Shown here one piece after another: positions 37,461-46,482 of a DNA stretch of 64,000 bases. Made by a program: the position numbers and the translations under genes. Location: assembly GCA_016713435.1 (NCBI GenBank), contig JADJPD010000005.1, forward strand, positions 129,356-193,355, read 5' to 3'. This stretch comes from Gemmatimonadota bacterium. Lineage in GTDB: Bacteria; Gemmatimonadota; Gemmatimonadetes; Gemmatimonadales; GWC2-71-9. The notes below the pieces were generated by a model. That model did not search any database. It was not told the origin of the DNA and saw only the letters and a program-made list of their open reading frames with translations. The first letter of the stretch is position 1; the number at the start of each line of letters is the position of its first letter.

Positions 37461-37837
37461 TTCACCCGGACCGGCTGCCCGGTGCGGAGGTTCACCTGGT
37501 ACACGTTGCCCGGCCGGCAGTTGAGCCAGATCGGGGCCTCGAGGGTGGAGTCGTTGACGAGGCGCGGGGCGCTTCCGGTGTAGAGGAGCGGGATGGCGAC
37601 GCGGGTGCTGTCGCGCCGGATCTCCATGACGCGCTCCACGCAGGGCTGGCCGGCGGAGTCGGCGGCGCGGCGGCTGGCGGTGAACCAGACCTCGACACCG
37701 CCGGGGGCCGTGAGCGCCAGGGAGTCGGCGGGTGGTGGTGGGGTCGGGGGTACCGAGTCGCGGGCCACGGCCGCTTCCCTGGCACCGCCGCAGGCGGCGA
37801 GCAGGAGCGCCATCAGTGAGAGCCGGGGGGCTGTCAT
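37457..37837 (-). CDS. Hypothetical lipoprotein
   Basis: ORF 37457..38092(-) trimmed to MTAPRLSLMALLLAAC-GG (lipobox). The product is 126 aa and its start overlaps the upstream stop. Confidence 0.6.
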   Translation of the reverse strand: MTAPRLSLMALLLAACGGAREAAVARDSVPPTPPPPADSLALTAPGGVEVWFTASRRAADSAGQPCVERVMEIRRDSTRVAIPLLYTGSAPRLVNDSTLEAPIWLNCRPGNVYQVNLRTGQPVRVK

Positions 37838-38151
37838 GCGGGATGCTCCGGTGGAGGGGGCGACTCGGTCGGCGGGTCCGCGATGATCTCGAGGTCGGGC
37901 AGCCCCTCGTCGGTGACCTGCAGCGACTTCCGGAGGCGGGGCGAGTGGCGCAGGACCTGCCGCCAGAAGACAAAGGTGACCGCGCCCGCGACGAGTGCCA
38001 GCCCGAAGGTGACACCGAGGGCGGTCCGGGGATTGGTCACTTCGCGGGTGACGCCGAGCGCGAGCCAGGCCCCCAGAAACGAAGCTGCCCACACCACGAA
38101 GGGCGTGAGCAGCCAGCCGATCAGCCGGGCGACAACCGCCGCGACCCGCAT
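37834..38151 (-). CDS. Small membrane protein (two predicted transmembrane helices)
   Basis: ORF 37834..38151(-): MRVAAVVARLIGWLLTPFVVWAASFLGAWLALGV...ALGVTFGLALVAGAVTFVFW. Confidence 0.5.
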   Translation of the reverse strand: MRVAAVVARLIGWLLTPFVVWAASFLGAWLALGVTREVTNPRTALGVTFGLALVAGAVTFVFWRQVLRHSPRLRKSLQVTDEGLPDLEIIADPPTESPPPPEHPA

Positions 38152-38158
38152 CAGGCCA

Positions 38159-38800
38159 TTACTTCCCGCGCGCCCCGAAGCGGGTCACGATCGTGCCGAC
38201 GGCGAGCGCCGGCAGGAAGGCGATCCCGAACGTCGGGACGTTGAAGGCGGCGCCGGGGAAGTGCGCCACGGCCGCGGCGGCGCCGATGACGACGGCGAGC
38301 ACGAGCGTGAGGACGGCGGCCCCGACCAGGCTGGGCGCGCCGGACTTGGCCGCCTGGTTGGAGAGGATCCAGGCACCGAGCCAGGGCATGTAGCAGCCCA
38401 CCATCCACCAGATCGGATGGTACCACCAGTTGCTGCCGCCGCCGACGGCGAGCCAGCGATGGGTGTAGAGCTTGAAGGGCAGCAGGTTGCCCTGGAGGAA
38501 GGTCACGTCGATCAGGAGGAACACGCCGGTGGCGAGGAGGCCGATGCCGGCCGCGCTGGCGATCCCGTCGATCTCGCGGGCGTTGACCCAGAGTCCGGGA
38601 AAGAAGCTCGTGAACACCGCGCCCGCAATGAGCAGCACGGCGAGCAACCCCGCCTCCGCCGGCCCCTCGAGGAACCGGGACACCAGCCCGATGGCGACGA
38701 TGAAGACGGTCTGGACAACGGCGAGCTTGATGCCCGACCGGATGATGAACGGCACGTCAGTCTGGCTCAGGCCAGCCGAGGGATGCACCGCGGAACTCAT
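38159..38800 (-). CDS. Integral membrane protein, unknown family
   Basis: ORF 38159..38800(-), 213 aa, with several hydrophobic helices and a Trp-rich segment NWWYHPIWWMVGCYMPWLGAW. Confidence 0.6.
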   Translation of the reverse strand: MSSAVHPSAGLSQTDVPFIIRSGIKLAVVQTVFIVAIGLVSRFLEGPAEAGLLAVLLIAGAVFTSFFPGLWVNAREIDGIASAAGIGLLATGVFLLIDVTFLQGNLLPFKLYTHRWLAVGGGSNWWYHPIWWMVGCYMPWLGAWILSNQAAKSGAPSLVGAAVLTLVLAVVIGAAAAVAHFPGAAFNVPTFGIAFLPALAVGTIVTRFGARGK

Positions 38801-38830
38801 GTGTGCTCCAGGGGAGGGTCACAGAACGGC

Positions 38831-39775
38831 CTAAGTATAAATACCCCATGCAAGTATCACCACCACATCGGTGACCGCCCAGGCCTTGAGGGCCTTGTAC
38901 ATCCCCCGCTGGTGCTGGTCCGGGGTCATCCGGGGGTGGTTCCGGAGCCACGGAAGCAGCACCCACCCCACACCGCGAGCGCCAGAGCCAGTCCCCCCCC
39001 ACCGGAGCAGCCCCCCTCCCGCCCCGCCCCATCCCGCGACCACTCCCCCAACGACGAAGAGCCCGAAGGCCACCCCCACAGCCCCCACCGCGACCAGGAG
39101 GCTCGGGCGCATGCCGAGGATCAGGGCGAGGGTGCGGTCGCCGCGGCGGCGGTCCTCCTCGAACTGATAGAGCTGGGTCAGCGGGTAGAGGGCCGCGAAG
39201 AGCGGGCAGAAGGCCAGCAGCACCCAGAGATGGGCCGGTTCGAGCGGCCGGCCGGTGGCCGCGTAGCCGGCGTAGGGGGTCAGGGTGCCGAAGCCCACCA
39301 TGTTGATGACCCAGTCCACCCCCGCCACCGCCTTGAAGCGGAACGGTGGCACCGAGTACACCACCGAGAGCAGGAAGCAGGCGAGGTAGGCCCAGCGGTA
39401 GGCCGGCGGCAGCCGGAAGGCCAGCAGTTGCCCCGCGGCCATCAGCAGCAGCGCGAAGGCGGCGAGGTGGCGGGGCACAGGCGGCGGCGCCTTGAGGTAG
39501 CCGATGTCACCCTCGTCCCGGTCGAAGGCGGAGTTGATGGCGAGCGTGCCGCCGTTCAGGCACAGCACCCAGGCCACGAGACCCAGGAGTGCGGGGCCGA
39601 GCGCCTCGCCGTGGCGGGCCCCGTCGAGGCCGACCGCCAGCAGGTAGCCGAGCGCCGTGTGGGCCGCCATGATGGGCCACTCCGCCGGGCGGAGGTGCAG
39701 CAGGTAGTCGAAGGCGGGCCCGAGGAGCCGGTACCCGAGCCGGCGGTGTGGCGGTGCGGCGGTGGCCGTCACCAT
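38831..39775 (-). CDS. UbiA family prenyltransferase
   Basis: ORF 38831..40435(-) trimmed to MVTATAAPPHRRLGYRLLGP. It has Asp-rich motifs NSAFDRDEGD and QFEEDRRRGD and is polytopic. Confidence 0.75.
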   Translation of the reverse strand: MVTATAAPPHRRLGYRLLGPAFDYLLHLRPAEWPIMAAHTALGYLLAVGLDGARHGEALGPALLGLVAWVLCLNGGTLAINSAFDRDEGDIGYLKAPPPVPRHLAAFALLLMAAGQLLAFRLPPAYRWAYLACFLLSVVYSVPPFRFKAVAGVDWVINMVGFGTLTPYAGYAATGRPLEPAHLWVLLAFCPLFAALYPLTQLYQFEEDRRRGDRTLALILGMRPSLLVAVGAVGVAFGLFVVGGVVAGWGGAGGGLLRWGGTGSGARGVGWVLLPWLRNHPRMTPDQHQRGMYKALKAWAVTDVVVILAWGIYT

Positions 39776-40548
39776 TTCACCCCGAGATAGCCGGCGGCCA
39801 GGCGGAGGCCGTGGAGGGTGAGATCGGGGTCGATCAGTTCCACCGTCCGGCAGAGCGGCACGATGGTACCGGCGAGCCCGCCGGTGGCCACCACCTTCGG
39901 CCGCGTTGGCGTGGGCCACTCGGCCTGGATGCGGCGCACCAGCCCGTCCACCGCGTCGGCCGTGCCGAGGAGGACGCCCGCGCGGATGCACTCCTCGGTG
40001 CGGCGACCGATGACCCGTGCGGGCGGGCGGAGTTCGGTGGCCGGCAGCTTGGCTGCGCGTCGGGTCAGCTGGTCCGACGAGGTGCGGAGCCCCGGCATGA
40101 TCACCCCGCCGATGAAGCGGCCGTCCCCGGTGATGCAGTCGAAGGTGGTGGCGGTGCCGAAGTCCACCACGATGGTGTCGGTCTTGAACCGCTCCACCGC
40201 GGCGAGGGTGTTGATGATGCGATCGGCGCCGACGGTGAGGGGCTCGTCCACGTCCACGCGGATGGGGAGCGGCGAGGTGGCGTCCACGATGCGCACGTCG
40301 GCACTGGTCAGGGTGCGGACCCCCTCCACGATGCTCTGGGTCACCGCCGGCGCCACCGAGGCCACGATCGCCGCGCGGACCTCGTTCGGCGAGTGGCCCG
40401 CGTGCAGCAGGAAGGCACCGAGGGCCGATCCCCATTCATCCGGGGTGCGGTCCGGATTGGTGGTCAGGCGCCAGTGACTGGTGACCGCGTCGCCGCGGAA
40501 GAGCCCCGCGGTGATCTCGGTGTTGCCGATGTCGAGGGTGAGGAGCAT
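39769..40548 (-). CDS. coaX: Type III pantothenate kinase
   Basis: ORF 39769..40548(-): MLLTLDIGNTEITAGLF...VVDFGTATTFDCI...GGVIMPG...GGLAG. Confidence 0.9.
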   Translation of the reverse strand: MLLTLDIGNTEITAGLFRGDAVTSHWRLTTNPDRTPDEWGSALGAFLLHAGHSPNEVRAAIVASVAPAVTQSIVEGVRTLTSADVRIVDATSPLPIRVDVDEPLTVGADRIINTLAAVERFKTDTIVVDFGTATTFDCITGDGRFIGGVIMPGLRTSSDQLTRRAAKLPATELRPPARVIGRRTEECIRAGVLLGTADAVDGLVRRIQAEWPTPTRPKVVATGGLAGTIVPLCRTVELIDPDLTLHGLRLAAGYLGVKW

Positions 40549-40577
40549 GGCGCCGCGGCTCGGCTGGGGTGAACGGG

Positions 40578-41285
40578 TCAGGCGACGAGGACGGTGCCGG
40601 CACGGACGGCGGTGATCACGCCTCCCGCGCCCTGCACCAGCAGGGCGCCATCCGGGGCGAGGCCTGCCCCGGTGCCCGCAACCGGCTCGGCAAGGACGCG
40701 GCCGCGCAGCCAGTCGCGGGCAACATACCGGGCCACCTCGTCCGGCGTGAGGGGGCCGGTGGCGGCGCCCGCCTGCGTGATGGCGGCGCGGAGCGGCTCG
40801 GCCAGGACGTCCGGCGTGAGTCCCGGCGCCACGCTGGCCAGGGCGACGGCCCGGTCGCGTACCTCCGCCGGGAGCGGGTTGGCCACGTTGAGCCCGAGGC
40901 CCACGGCCACCCAGGCGAGCAGGCCGCCCTGCCAGCGTGCCTCACAGAGGATGCCACCGAGCTTCCGGTCGGCGAGCATCAGGTCGTTGGGCCACTTGAG
41001 GGCCAGGGTGGCGCCGGGCGCCTGGGCCTCGAGCACCTCCGCCGCCGCGAGCCCCACCCGCAGGCTCAGCACGGCGGCCGCCACTTCGGACGCGGGGCGG
41101 CAGAGGACGCTCATCCAGAGCCCGCCGGGGGGACTGGCCCACGTGCGGCCGCGGCTTCCCCGCCCGCCCACCTGCTCCTCGGCGACGATGGCGCTGCCGG
41201 TGGGCGCGCCGGCGTCGCCGAGGGCGTGGATCAGGTCCTGGGTGGAGGCAACGCGCGCCTGGCGTGAGAGCAGCGCCCCTGCCAT
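40578..41285 (-). CDS. birA: Biotin--[acetyl-CoA-carboxylase] ligase (no HTH domain)
   Basis: ORF 40578..41285(-): ...AEEQVGGRGSRGRTWASPPGGLWMSV...LKWPNDLMLADRKLGGILCE. Confidence 0.8.
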   Translation of the reverse strand: MAGALLSRQARVASTQDLIHALGDAGAPTGSAIVAEEQVGGRGSRGRTWASPPGGLWMSVLCRPASEVAAAVLSLRVGLAAAEVLEAQAPGATLALKWPNDLMLADRKLGGILCEARWQGGLLAWVAVGLGLNVANPLPAEVRDRAVALASVAPGLTPDVLAEPLRAAITQAGAATGPLTPDEVARYVARDWLRGRVLAEPVAGTGAGLAPDGALLVQGAGGVITAVRAGTVLVA

Positions 41286-41289
41286 CGGC

Positions 41290-42099
41290 TCAGCCGGTCA
41301 CCCGCCCGGCGATGGCGAGCAGGAACGCACCAAACGCAATCCGGTACCAGGCGAAGGCGACGAAGCTATGGCTCGCCACGAAGCGCAGCAGGGCCTTGAT
41401 GACCAGGAACGCGGAGAGGAACGCCACCACGAAGCCAGTGGCGAAGAGCGGGATGTCGGCGGGCGAGAGGATGTCGAGGCTCTTGATGAGGTCGAGCCCC
41501 GCGGCCGCGGCGAGCACCGGCACGGCCAGGAAGAACGAGAACTCGGTGGCCGCGGTGCGCGAGAGGCCCAGCGCGTAGCCACCCATGATGGTGGCACCGG
41601 AGCGCGACACCCCGGGAACCAGGGCGAGCATCTGTGCCAGGCCCACCCCGAGGGCCAGGCGCGGGGGCAGGTCGTTCACGTCCGCCACCCTCGCCTGGGG
41701 CTTGAGCCGTTCCACCAGGAGGATGGCGACGCCGCCGACGATGAAGCCCCAGGCCACCACCACGGGCGTGAACAGGTGGGCCTTGAGCCAGGAGTGCGCC
41801 AGGAATCCCACCACCGCCGCCGGCAGGAAGCCGAGCGCCAGGTTGGTGACGAAGCGGCGGCTGGCCGGCTCCCGCACCACGCTGGCCGCCACCGCCAGGA
41901 ACTTCTGCCGGTAGAGCCAGACGATGGCGAGGATGGCCCCCAGCTGGATGAAGATCTCGAAGGTCTTGGCGCGCTCGCCGGTGAAGCCCAGGAAGTGGCC
42001 GGCCACGATCAGGTGACCTGTGGAGCTGACGGGAATGAACTCGGTCATCCCCTCCACCAGGCCCAGCACCACCGCCTGCAGGAGCTCGGGGCCACTCAC
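41290..42099 (-). CDS. uppP: Undecaprenyl-diphosphate phosphatase
   Basis: ORF 41290..42099(-): MSGPELLQAVVLGLVEGMTEFIPVSSTGHLIV...PGVSRSGATIMGG. Confidence 0.9.
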   Translation of the reverse strand: MSGPELLQAVVLGLVEGMTEFIPVSSTGHLIVAGHFLGFTGERAKTFEIFIQLGAILAIVWLYRQKFLAVAASVVREPASRRFVTNLALGFLPAAVVGFLAHSWLKAHLFTPVVVAWGFIVGGVAILLVERLKPQARVADVNDLPPRLALGVGLAQMLALVPGVSRSGATIMGGYALGLSRTAATEFSFFLAVPVLAAAAGLDLIKSLDILSPADIPLFATGFVVAFLSAFLVIKALLRFVASHSFVAFAWYRIAFGAFLLAIAGRVTG

Positions 42100-43220
42100 C
42101 CGAGCGCCTCCTCGTACAGCGCCTCGTACTGCGGGACGATGATGTCGGCCGAGAAGGTGCGGGCCTGGGCCACGGCGGCCGTGCGCATCGCGGCGTGGCG
42201 GTCGGCATCGCGCAGGAGTTCCACCGCCCGGCGGCCCATCGCCTCGACCGACCCCGCCGGCTCGAGGATGCCGCTCACACCGTCGGTGATGACCTCCGGG
42301 AGGCCACCGGCCCGGCTCGCCACCGCCGGGGCCCCGCAGGCCATGGCCTCGAGCGCCGCCAGGCCGAACGACTCGGTCTGGCTGGGCAGCAGGAAGAGGT
42401 CCGAGGCCTGCAGGATGCTGGCCACGCGGTCGAGGCGGCCGAGGAAGCGCACGCTGTCGGTGACGCCGAGGGCCTCGGCCTCCTTCTCGGCTTCACCGCG
42501 ATCGGGGCCGTCGCCGACCATGACGAGGGTGGCCGGGACCGCGCGGCGGATCCGGGCGAAGATGCGCACGACGTCGCGCACCCGCTTCACCTCGCGGAAG
42601 TTGGAGATGTGGGTGATCACCTTGTGGCCGGCGGGCGCCAGCGCCTCGCGCGGGGCCTCGGGGTCCGGGCGGTACTCCTCGAGGTTCACGAAGTTGGGGA
42701 TCACCCGCACGTTGCAGTTGACGCAGCCGAAGGTGCGGTAGGTCTCGTCCCGCAGGAAGTTGGAGACGGCGGTCACCTCGGTGGAGCGCTCGATCGAGAA
42801 CTTGGTGATCTGGTAGAAGCTGGCCTCCTGCCCCACCAGCGTGATGTCGGTGCCGTGCAGGGTGGTGATCACCCGCAGGTCCCGCTCGCTCGCCAGCATC
42901 TCCTTGGCGAGCCACGCGGTGGTGGCGTGCGGGATGGCGTAGTGCACGTGGAGGACCTCGAGGTTCTCCCGGCGCACCACCTCGTACTGCTTGGAGGCCA
43001 GCGACAGCGTGTAGGGGAAGTGGTCGAACAGCGGGTAGTGCGAGATGGCGGTGTCCACCTCGTGGAAGAAGACCCGCTCGGCGTAGCCCCGGAGGCGGAA
43101 CGGCGAGGCATACGAGATGAAGTGCACCTCGTGCCCGCGCCGGGCCAGCTCGAGGCCCAGCTCGGTGGCCACCGCCCCCGAGCCGCCGTAGGTCGGGTAG
43201 CAGGTGATCCCGATCCTCAT
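42096..43220 (-). CDS. bshA: GT4 glycosyltransferase, BshA-like (N-acetyl-alpha-D-glucosaminyl L-malate synthase)
   Basis: ORF 42096..43508(-) trimmed to MRIGITCYPTYGGSGAVATELGLELARRGHEVHFISYASPFRL...TLHGTDITLVG...SNFREVKRV...ESFGLAALEAMACG. It tracks my memory of B. subtilis BshA closely along its whole length. Confidence 0.75.
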   Translation of the reverse strand: MRIGITCYPTYGGSGAVATELGLELARRGHEVHFISYASPFRLRGYAERVFFHEVDTAISHYPLFDHFPYTLSLASKQYEVVRRENLEVLHVHYAIPHATTAWLAKEMLASERDLRVITTLHGTDITLVGQEASFYQITKFSIERSTEVTAVSNFLRDETYRTFGCVNCNVRVIPNFVNLEEYRPDPEAPREALAPAGHKVITHISNFREVKRVRDVVRIFARIRRAVPATLVMVGDGPDRGEAEKEAEALGVTDSVRFLGRLDRVASILQASDLFLLPSQTESFGLAALEAMACGAPAVASRAGGLPEVITDGVSGILEPAGSVEAMGRRAVELLRDADRHAAMRTAAVAQARTFSADIIVPQYEALYEEALG

Positions 43221-43245
43221 GGGACGGACCGTCGCGGCCGGCATC

Positions 43246-43740
43246 TCAGGCGGCCCCGCTCGCCGCGAGGGCCGCCACGACCGCCGCGTGCCCCTTTTCC
43301 TGCGCGAGCATGCGGGCGGTCTTGCCGGAGGCGCTCTGGATGGCCGGGTCGGCCCCCGCGGCGAGGAGCGCGGCGATGACGCCGGCCTTGCCGCGATCGG
43401 CCGCGGCGTGGAGCGCGGTCCAGTTGCCGGTCTGCAGCGCGTTCGGGTCGGCACCGGCGCCCAGCAAGGCCTCCACCACGCCGAGGTGCCCCCCGCCCGC
43501 GGCCGCATGCAGCGCGGTGGCGCGGAGCGGGTCCATGGTCGTCGCGGCGGGATCGGCGCCGATGGAGAGGAGGTAGCCCGCGAGCTCCGCGTGGCCGAAA
43601 TAGGCGGCGTAATGCAGCGCGGTGAGGCCGTCCTCGAGAGGGACGTTCACCCACCCGGTGTCGTCGGCCAGGAGGCGCCGCACCGCGTCGAGGTTCCCGG
43701 ATTGCGCGGCGTCGGCGAGATCGTTCTTGAGGTCGGGCAT
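43246..43740 (-). CDS. Ankyrin-repeat protein
   Basis: ORF 43246..43740(-): ...GLTALHYAAYFGHAELAGYLLSIGADP...TALHAAAGGGHLGVVEALLGAGADPN...WTALHAAADRGKAGVIAALLAAGADP. Confidence 0.8.
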   Translation of the reverse strand: MPDLKNDLADAAQSGNLDAVRRLLADDTGWVNVPLEDGLTALHYAAYFGHAELAGYLLSIGADPAATTMDPLRATALHAAAGGGHLGVVEALLGAGADPNALQTGNWTALHAAADRGKAGVIAALLAAGADPAIQSASGKTARMLAQEKGHAAVVAALAASGAA

Positions 43741-43788
43741 GGGGCAAAAGTAGCGGGGGGATGGCAGGAGGCCAACGCGGGGCCGCGC

Positions 43789-44725
43789 TCAGCGCGGCGG
43801 GGCCCCGTGGCGGCGGGTCCAGGCCTCGGCGATCTCGCCGGCGAGCACGTCCGGCGGGCGGGTGGCGTCGAGGGGTGAGCACCTCGCCCTCGAGCTGGTG
43901 GCGGAACCAGGTCTCCTGCCGCTTGGCGTACTGGCGGCTGGCGATGGTCACCGCCTCAGCCACCGACTCGCGGGGCCGGAGCCCCTGCAGATACTCCACC
44001 GCCTCGCGGGGGCCGATGGCGTCGAGGCCGGGATCGCCCGGCTGGGCGCCGTCAGCGAGGACGGCGGCCACCTCCTCGATCATCCCCTGCCGCACCATCT
44101 CGGCCGCCCGCACCTGGATGCGCTGGTGCAGCACGGCGCGGGGTGCGGTGAGCACCACGTACCACGGCGTGATGGCCCCCTGCGCGCGGGCGCTGGCCTG
44201 CCAGAAACTGAGCGGGTGGCCGGTGAGGAACGCCACCTCGACGGCCCGGGCGGCGCGCTGGCGGCCGCCGCCCCGGAAGCCCGGATCGAGGCGCGCCGCC
44301 CAGCGGACCAGCTCGATGTCGGGCAGCTCCGCGGTCCAGCGCTCGAGGTCGCGGCGGCGGAGCGCGTCGAGCGGCGGCTCGGCGAAGAGCCCCTCGGCCA
44401 GCGGCCGGATGTAGAGCCCGGTGCCTCCCACCACCACTGGCACCAGCCCCCGCGCGCGGATGTCGGCGATCCAGCGGGGGGCATCGTGCGCGAAGCGGCC
44501 CGCGCTGTAGCGCTCCCCCGGGCGCACCAGGTCGAGGCCGTGGTGCGGGACCTTCTGCAGCCAGCGCCGGGGCGGCTTGGCCGTGCCCACGTCGAGGCCC
44601 CGGTACACCTGCCGGCTGTCGGCGGAGGCCACCTCGAGGGGCCAGTGTGCGGCGAGGGCGAAGGCGACGGCGGTCTTCCCGATCCCGGTGGGGCCGCAAA
44701 GGACGAGGGTGCTAGCGCCGGCCAA
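43789..44725 (-). CDS. miaA: tRNA dimethylallyltransferase, with a 1-nt frame change near 43872-43875
   Basis: TTG start at 44723-44725: LAGASTLVLCGPTGIGKTAVAFALA...ADSRQVYRGLDVGTAKP...VGGTGLY. After ...WFRHQLEGEVLT, the natural C-terminus LDATRPPDVLAGEIAEAWTRRHGAPPR-stop is in another frame. Otherwise the ORF runs on through the ankyrin gene to 43217. The span is 937 nt, which is 312 codons plus 1 nt. Confidence 0.85.
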
Positions 44726-46448
44726 ACCGGCGCTCCAGCTCCTCGCGCGGGAGCTGCACGATCGTGGAGCGTCCGTGCACGTCGTGCGGCGGCAGGGCAC
44801 AGGCGAAGAGCCGGGCCAGCAGCTCGCGCCGCTCGCGGTCGTCGAGCGGGTCGCCGGCCTTCACGGCGGCGCGGCAGGCGTAGGTGGCGGCGAAGCGCTC
44901 CAGCCGGTTGGCCCACCCGCCGAAGCGGCCGCGGGCCAGGTCGCTCACCAGCTCGCGGAAGCAGCGGGTGGCATCGAAGCGCGGGTGCGGCGCCGGCACC
45001 GCGTTGACGAGCACGGTGCGCCCGCCGAACGGTTCCACCTCGAAGCCGACGACCCCGAGCTGGTCGCGGAAGTTCTCCACCGCCTCCAGCTCCTCGTCCG
45101 TCAGCTCCAGCGTGAGCGGCAGCAGCAGCCGCTGGCTGGCCAGCCCGCCCTGCTGCACCCGCGCCATCAGCTGCTCGTAGAGCACCCGCTCGTGGGCGGA
45201 GTGCTGGTCCACGAAGACCAGCCCCTCCGGCCCCTCATACACCAGGTAGGTGTTGAAGAGCTGGGTGATGGGGATGGCCACCTCCGCCGGACGGGCCGCC
45301 ACCCGCTCGTCGGGGGCGCCCGGCTCGTCCGTCAGCTCCACTGCAAGCGGTTCGCTGAGCGGCGCGAAGAGGTCCGCCGGCACGGGCGCGCCGGCCTGCG
45401 AGGGCCGGGGCGAGGGCCAGGCGCGGTCCCCCCCCTGCCAGGCCACCACCGCCGCGGCCTCGAGCTTGCCCAGCGCGTCGCGCACCGCCTCCTCCATGGC
45501 GCGCTCGGCGCCGATGCGGTCGCGGAAGCGGACCTCGAGCTTGGCGGGGTGGACGTTCACGTCCACGTCCTCGCTGGCGGTCTCGAGGTGCAGGAAGAGC
45601 GAGGGGCGGTCGCCGGGATGGATGGCGGAGCGGTAGCCGGCCTCGGCGGCGCGGACCAGGAAGGAGTCGCGGAAGGGGCGGCCGTTGATGAACAGCTGCG
45701 TGCGCCGCCCCGTGGGCTGGGCATCGGCCGGGCGCTGGATGAAGCCGTGCACGCGGAAGGCGCCCACCGCGTACTCGACCGGCACCAGCGTCCGCGCAAT
45801 CTCCTGCCCCCACACGCCCTCGAGCCGTTCCGCCAGCGACTGCGCTGGCGGCACCACCAGCCGGGAGCGCCCGTCCAGGTACAGCTCGAACCCGACGCTG
45901 GGGTGCGCCAGCGCCAGCGTGGCCACGGCTTCCCACGCCGCGCGCGCCTCACTCGAGGTGCTGCGCAGGAATTTCCGTCGCGCGGGGGTGTTGAAGAAGA
46001 GGCTCCGGACCGTGACCGTGGTGCCGCGCTGGCGCGCCACGGTGCCCACCCGCTCCACCCGGCCCCCCGTCACCTCCACCTCGGTGCCGTCGCCCTCGGC
46101 CTCGGCGGTGGTGAGGTGGAAGCGCGAGACCGAGGCGATGGCCGGCAGCGCCTCGCCGCGGAAGCCGAAGGTGGCGACGCCGACCAGGTCCGCCGAGTTC
46201 CGGATCTTGCTCGTGGCGTGGCGGTCGAGGGCCAGCACGGCGTCTTCCTTGCCCATGCCGTGGCCGTCGTCCGCCACCTCGATCAGGGTCTTGCCGCCCT
46301 GTTCCAGGGCGATGCGCACCCGCGTGGCGCCCGCGTCGATGGCGTTCTCGGCGAGTTCCTTGACGGCGGAGGCGGGTCGTTCGACGACCTCGCCGGCGGC
46401 GATCTGGTCGGCAACGGTGTCGGGGAGGATGGCGATGCGGCGCGGCAT
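44712..46448 (-). CDS. mutL: DNA mismatch repair protein MutL
   Basis: ORF 44712..47084(-) trimmed to the ATG at 46446-46448: MPRRIAILPDTVADQIAAGEVVERPASAVKELAENAIDAGATRV...GFRGEALPAIASV...VDVNVHPAK. The product is 578 aa. Confidence 0.9.
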   Translation of the reverse strand: MPRRIAILPDTVADQIAAGEVVERPASAVKELAENAIDAGATRVRIALEQGGKTLIEVADDGHGMGKEDAVLALDRHATSKIRNSADLVGVATFGFRGEALPAIASVSRFHLTTAEAEGDGTEVEVTGGRVERVGTVARQRGTTVTVRSLFFNTPARRKFLRSTSSEARAAWEAVATLALAHPSVGFELYLDGRSRLVVPPAQSLAERLEGVWGQEIARTLVPVEYAVGAFRVHGFIQRPADAQPTGRRTQLFINGRPFRDSFLVRAAEAGYRSAIHPGDRPSLFLHLETASEDVDVNVHPAKLEVRFRDRIGAERAMEEAVRDALGKLEAAAVVAWQGGDRAWPSPRPSQAGAPVPADLFAPLSEPLAVELTDEPGAPDERVAARPAEVAIPITQLFNTYLVYEGPEGLVFVDQHSAHERVLYEQLMARVQQGGLASQRLLLPLTLELTDEELEAVENFRDQLGVVGFEVEPFGGRTVLVNAVPAPHPRFDATRCFRELVSDLARGRFGGWANRLERFAATYACRAAVKAGDPLDDRERRELLARLFACALPPHDVHGRSTIVQLPREELERRFGRR

Positions 46449-46482
46449 GATGGCCCAAAGATAAGCCGCCGCGCCATCGCGG

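Noticed and set aside
43217-43788. The long C-terminal extension of the miaA ORF overlapping the ankyrin gene.
   Set aside because: It is an artefact of the extra C at 43872-43875. The extension is Arg/Pro-rich nonsense, while the ankyrin frame has clear repeat motifs.
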